From assembly GCA_045601965.1 (NCBI GenBank), contig JAZSAR010000121.1, positions 1 to 16,081 on the forward strand: a stretch of DNA of 16,081 nt, in the 5' to 3' direction. The number at the start of each line of letters is the position of its first letter. Position 1 is the first letter of the stretch. Shown here one piece after another: positions 14,643-16,081 of the stretch. This stretch comes from Clostridia bacterium (lineage in GTDB: Bacteria > Bacillota > Clostridia > CAKSNL01 > HGM11501). The notes under the pieces were generated by a model. The model did not search any database. It saw only the letters and a program-made list of their open reading frames with translations, and was not told where the DNA came from. The position numbers and the translations under genes were made by a program.

Positions 14643-15971
14643 ATGACAAAACTGACAGTTGATTTTGCTGAAATAAAAGGAAAAATAAAGCCTATGCATG
14701 CTGTAAATAACGGCCCTGTGGGAGGTACCTGGGGAGTTGGAAATATTGAGCTTTTCAAAGAAGCGGGAATTCCTTATGCAAGAAATCATGATGCTGCTTT
14801 TGCCTCGGCATACGGCGGGGAGCATGCTGTTGATGTATCTAATATTTTTCCTGACTTTGATGCGGACGAAACAAGAGAAGAAAATTATGATTTTGTGCTG
14901 ACGGACGTTACCGTTAAGAAGTGTATGGAGGCAGGCACAAAGGTTTTCTATCGTCTTGGACAGAAAATTGAGCACGCCATTAAAAAATACGGAGTTAATC
15001 CCCCTGAGGATTTCAAAAAGTGGGCGGTTATCTGCGAGCATATCATAAGACACTATACCGATGGATGGGCAGAGGGTTTTGATGCGGGAATAGATTACTG
15101 GGAAATATGGAACGAGCACGATAACGGCGAACCGGATAAAAATCCCTGCTGGACAGGGACAATGGAACAGTTTTACGATTTTTATGAAGTGGCGGCAAAG
15201 CATCTTAAAGAACAGTTTCCCCATTTAAAAATCGGCGGTCCTGCAATGGTTGGATCAACTCCCAACTATAAAAAGGCAGAGGAGTTTGTGTCGGAAATGG
15301 CAAAGCGAAATGTACCGCTGGACTTTTTCTCCTATCATTTTTATACCACGAGTGCCCACGGAATGAGCTGGACAGCAAACTATACAAGAGAATTGCTTGA
15401 TTCCTATGGCTATAGCGATACGGAAATCATCCTTGACGAGTGGAACTACTGCACAGGATGGGACAGGGAAAATATGACACACTCCTATAAAACAATCCGT
15501 TCGCTTCGCGGGGCGGCGTATGTTTCTGCGTGCCAGATTGATGCACAAAAATCTCCGATTGATATGTTTATGTATTACGATGCAAGACCCGGCACCGGTT
15601 TTAACGGAATGTTTGAGCTTGGGACATACGAGCCGATGAAGCCCTATTATTCATTTCTGGCCTTCAACGAGCTTTATAAGCTCGGAGGCGAAACAAAGTC
15701 GGAAAGTGACGATAATGATGTTTACGTACTTTCTGCAAAGGGCGATAAAAAGGCTGTTCTGATTTCATACTATGGTGCTGTGGATGCGGAAGACAAGGTT
15801 ATAGAGCTTCATCTTACAGGCTTTGATAAGCCGAATAACAAGGTGTCATATAAGATGCTGGATAACGGATACAATCTGGAACTTACCAAGGATGAATATA
15901 TAAACGGCGATGCCGTAACGCTTTATATTAAAATGGAAGCAAATACGGTGTTGCTTCTTAGTATTGAATAA
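14643..15971 (+). CDS. Glycoside hydrolase family 39-like enzyme (beta-xylosidase-like TIM-barrel hydrolase), cytoplasmic
   Basis: Colinear matches to GH39 xylosidase landmarks are present. NHDAAF is near the N-terminus. WEIWNEHD is the acid/base region (canonical WEIWNEP). LDFFSYHFYT matches VDFVSRHAYT. ILDEWNY is the nucleophile Glu region (canonical ITEYN). There is no signal peptide. Confidence 0.7.
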   Translation: MTKLTVDFAEIKGKIKPMHAVNNGPVGGTWGVGNIELFKEAGIPYARNHDAAFASAYGGEHAVDVSNIFPDFDADETREENYDFVLTDVTVKKCMEAGTKVFYRLGQKIEHAIKKYGVNPPEDFKKWAVICEHIIRHYTDGWAEGFDAGIDYWEIWNEHDNGEPDKNPCWTGTMEQFYDFYEVAAKHLKEQFPHLKIGGPAMVGSTPNYKKAEEFVSEMAKRNVPLDFFSYHFYTTSAHGMSWTANYTRELLDSYGYSDTEIILDEWNYCTGWDRENMTHSYKTIRSLRGAAYVSACQIDAQKSPIDMFMYYDARPGTGFNGMFELGTYEPMKPYYSFLAFNELYKLGGETKSESDDNDVYVLSAKGDKKAVLISYYGAVDAEDKVIELHLTGFDKPNNKVSYKMLDNGYNLELTKDEYINGDAVTLYIKMEANTVLLLSIE

Positions 15972-16026
15972 TTCCGGGTTTTATTTTAAAATTATCGGAA
16001 GATTGAAAATACAGGAGGAGATTAAA

Positions 16027-16081
16027 ATGACAAAACTGGCAGTTGATTTTGCTGAAATAAAAGGAAAAATAAAGCCTATGC
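16027..16081 (+). CDS. Start of a second, tandem GH39 paralogue (truncated by the window end)
   Basis: The sequence 16021-16081 is about 96% identical to 14636-14701 (MTKLAVDFAEIKGKIKPM versus MTKLTVDFAEIKGKIKPM) and has the RBS AGGAGGAG. No terminator separates the two copies. Confidence 0.7.
   Translation, partial: MTKLAVDFAEIKGKIKPM

Noticed and set aside
14508-15224. A 238-aa ORF on the minus strand, the longest unexplained ORF in the track.
   Set aside because: It lies entirely antisense to the GH39 gene, which has strong colinear family similarity. The ORF is Cys/Phe/Ile-rich and low-complexity, and has no RBS. It is an antisense open frame within a real gene.
1-16081. A search for CRISPR arrays, IS elements, integrases, toxin-antitoxin pairs and long inverted or direct repeats.
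   Set aside because: None was seen. The only long repeat is the tandem GH39 gene start (14636-14701 versus 16021-16081). The short in-gene repeats at 2490-2530 encode the EEVAEEVA linker, and the GGC-rich run at 2215-2235 encodes a Gly linker.

Overview
The window is a chromosomal segment from a low-GC Gram-positive bacterium, probably Clostridia-like, judged from gene content and AAGGAGG-type ribosome-binding sites. No organism is claimed.

Gene content, in order:
- The 3' end of a sugar ABC transporter: a MalG-type permease carrying an internal in-frame TAG, then a substrate-binding lipoprotein that also has a C-terminal transmembrane helix.
- A gene for an acidic lipoprotein with an internal duplication, driven by a strong promoter.
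- A MerR-like regulator, NfeD and flotillin operon with an inverted repeat inside its promoter spacer.
- A convergent gene for a secreted SGNH/CE2-like esterase carrying copper-amine-oxidase-like N-terminal domains.
- carD-ispD-ispF.
- tRNA-Leu(UAG) with its own promoter and terminator.
- A visibly AT-rich stretch of about 0.9 kb with a decayed reading frame (frames 2 to 1 to 2, including a shift at an A7 tract), directly upstream of an orphan Sfp-type phosphopantetheinyl transferase.
- A divergent EF-G paralogue on the minus strand with non-canonical GTPase motifs (DTPGY, SHSHAGKTT) and a tandem 12-bp repeat in its 5' UTR.
- The rpsF-ssb-rpsR operon with a leader hairpin.
- A GH39 glycoside hydrolase gene, followed by the start of a near-identical tandem copy.

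Near-consensus sigma-A promoters (TTGACA/TTGACT, then 17 bp, then TATAAT) and clean rho-independent terminators are unusually easy to read throughout. No CRISPR array, IS element or integrase was found.

The most unusual loci are the decayed tRNA-adjacent region with the orphan PPTase, the divergent EF-G paralogue, and the internal TAG in the permease.
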